This document shows, in pieces, positions 55,893-57,408 of a stretch of DNA of 57,408 nucleotides. The stretch lies in IMG/VR virus record IMGVR_UViG_3300048598_000451, positions 1 to 57,408 of that record; one strand, given 5' to 3'. The stretch comes from a virus. Lineage: Duplodnaviria > Caudoviricetes. The notes below the pieces were generated by a model that worked only from the letters and a program-made list of their open reading frames with translations, had not been told where the DNA came from and searched no databases. Positions within the stretch are counted from its first letter, which is position 1; every line of letters starts with the position of its first letter. A program made the translations under genes and the position numbers.

Positions 55893-57408
55893 ATGCCCTC
55901 CGAAGCGCTCCACATGTTCGATCCCCGCAGGACCGTCCAACTGCAGGGATTCTCCGGCCGGGCCGCCACCACCACAATCCACGACGCTACCGAGACGGGC
56001 TTCCAGATCTCCGGTATCTTCCAGGCGGCCGAGGACTTCGCCAACGTCCAACTCCTCAGCGCCTATGACTACTACAACCACCTGCGCCTGAAGCCGCTTC
56101 CGGTAACGGACCTGTCCGGCGTCACCCTGCAGTTCGACATGCAGGTGCTGCCTGTGAACGGCGAGGAGGGCAACGTCCGGCCGGACTGCGTGAAGTACCC
56201 GTCGGTGGGGTGGGACAAGCTGACCATCACCGCCGGTAACGGCGACATCTACGAAGTCCCGTTGATGGCACACTGCTCGGTGCTCTCCGGCGGCTTCACG
56301 CCGGGCTCGTTCCATATCGCCATCGAGGACAAGAACGCCGAGGACCTGGATGCGCTCGTCGGCGGGCCGACGCCAGCGCTCGCGGACGCGGCCTACGTCT
56401 ACTTCATGGGCACGCGCTGGTCGTGCACCTCGGCCGAAGCGATCGCGTTCTGCAACCTCGAAACCCGCCTGCTGAACAACATCGGCGCCGTCGACGCGCC
56501 TTCGTGCGAGCAGTCCATCTGGTGGCAGGATGACCCCAACTTCTGGCACTACCTGCTGGTCAACGGCGGCGGCGCGGGAATCCGGGAGTCCGGCGCGACC
56601 GATGCCGCCGACATCGCGTCGCGTCTGGCGTCGATGGTCGGAATCTCCAGCTACCTCGTCGATTGCATCGCCTCGGGCAACGTCATCACGGTGAGCCTTG
56701 AGGCCGGCGTGAATGGTCCAGTCCGGGTTTCGACCAACAGCGGGTCAGCTCCAGCGACGCTCACGCGCTTCGTGCCGGGCGTCTACACGGCACAGGTTTC
56801 GTCTTCAGCCGAGATCCGCGCTGGCGACTACGTCGCCGTCGACATCGGCACGGCACACGACGAAGTCGTGAAGGTTCTCTCAGCCGGGGGAGGCAGTTTC
56901 ACGGCGTACTTCACCAAGCCGCATTACGGGAAGATCTACAACATCACCTGCCGTGTGCTGCCTCGCGCGCGCCATTTCGGCCGCACGCTCCGAGACCGCA
57001 TCGTGGACCACCCCCTACCTGACTATGGCGAACAGCCCGCAAGCCTCGCTGTCGCCGGCTTCGGGACGACCAACACGTCGGCGAACATCAACCTGGGGCT
57101 CACCGGGCAGATGGGCCAATGGGGGCGCGAGGCCAACGGAATCCCGGTGCGCCAGTCCGTGGATCCGGAGAACGCGGTCGTGGTTCTTGCGGATGGTGTG
57201 ACGTCCTCGGCCAGCATGGTCCAGGGTGCGCGCAACGACCGGACGTACCGTTTCCAGTTCCCGTTCGGCTCCTTGGCGGGATACAAAAACGGCGACCGGC
57301 AGTCGGTCGTGGCGGTGCCAGCAACGGACATCGTGAAAGTGCACCTGACCTTCGCGCCACGCTTTGAGGACGTGGAGTTTGGTCTGGCCAATGGCGGGCT
57401 GCTAGCGG
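55893..57408 (+). CDS. Large tail/fibre protein, 5' part (truncated by the window edge)
   Basis: ATG directly after the previous TAA (MPSEALHMFDPRRTVQLQGFSGRAA...). The frame appears open to the window end. Confidence 0.75.
   Translation, partial: MPSEALHMFDPRRTVQLQGFSGRAATTTIHDATETGFQISGIFQAAEDFANVQLLSAYDYYNHLRLKPLPVTDLSGVTLQFDMQVLPVNGEEGNVRPDCVKYPSVGWDKLTITAGNGDIYEVPLMAHCSVLSGGFTPGSFHIAIEDKNAEDLDALVGGPTPALADAAYVYFMGTRWSCTSAEAIAFCNLETRLLNNIGAVDAPSCEQSIWWQDDPNFWHYLLVNGGGAGIRESGATDAADIASRLASMVGISSYLVDCIASGNVITVSLEAGVNGPVRVSTNSGSAPATLTRFVPGVYTAQVSSSAEIRAGDYVAVDIGTAHDEVVKVLSAGGGSFTAYFTKPHYGKIYNITCRVLPRARHFGRTLRDRIVDHPLPDYGEQPASLAVAGFGTTNTSANINLGLTGQMGQWGREANGIPVRQSVDPENAVVVLADGVTSSASMVQGARNDRTYRFQFPFGSLAGYKNGDRQSVVAVPATDIVKVHLTFAPRFEDVEFGLANGGLLA

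Larger units (their letters stand above)
16807..57408 (+). mobile_element. Lambda-like (siphovirus-type) prophage; may also include 548-16444; runs past the right edge
   Basis: Ordered regulation, recombination, replication, terminase, head and tail modules. There is no sheath gene, and no att sites were identified. Confidence 0.9.

Noticed and set aside
49812-57408. Diversity-generating retroelement or invertible tail-fibre cassette
   Set aside because: No reverse transcriptase, TR/VR pair or invertase was seen within the window.

Overview
The window holds most of a GC-rich, lambda-like (long non-contractile tail) temperate prophage, with a defence island and a broken integration module to its left. 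From left to right: (i) 1-547 is the left end of an IS66 inserted into the 3' end of a probable large serine recombinase gene, followed by a small accessory gene. (ii) 1077-16371 is a minus-strand block of eight genes. It contains a Type III restriction-modification pair (res/mod) and an SNF2 helicase. Upstream of these is a tightly coupled five-gene operon I cannot assign to a named system: AAA+ ATPase, wHTH-like protein, PD-(D/E)XK nuclease, GrpE-domain protein and stand-alone Hsp70/actin-fold ATPase. Its near-consensus sigma70 promoter lies inside a 19-bp inverted repeat. (iii) 16.7-18.9 kb is a divergent two-gene unit with a GTTC-N7-GTTC LexA box, and no CI-like repressor is visible in the window. 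(iv) 18.9-29 kb holds early, recombination and replication genes, with a symmetric 12-iteron origin candidate inside the primase-helicase 3' end. (v) 30-57.4 kb holds a cos-like site, terminase, two ParB-fused DNA methyltransferases, moron-like genes, lambda-type head genes and a tail module with a -1 frameshift chaperone; it runs off the right edge. All calls come from reading motifs and gene order by eye, and no database searches were run. The best candidates for novelty are the five-gene chaperone-fold/nuclease operon and the LexA-controlled two-gene induction switch.
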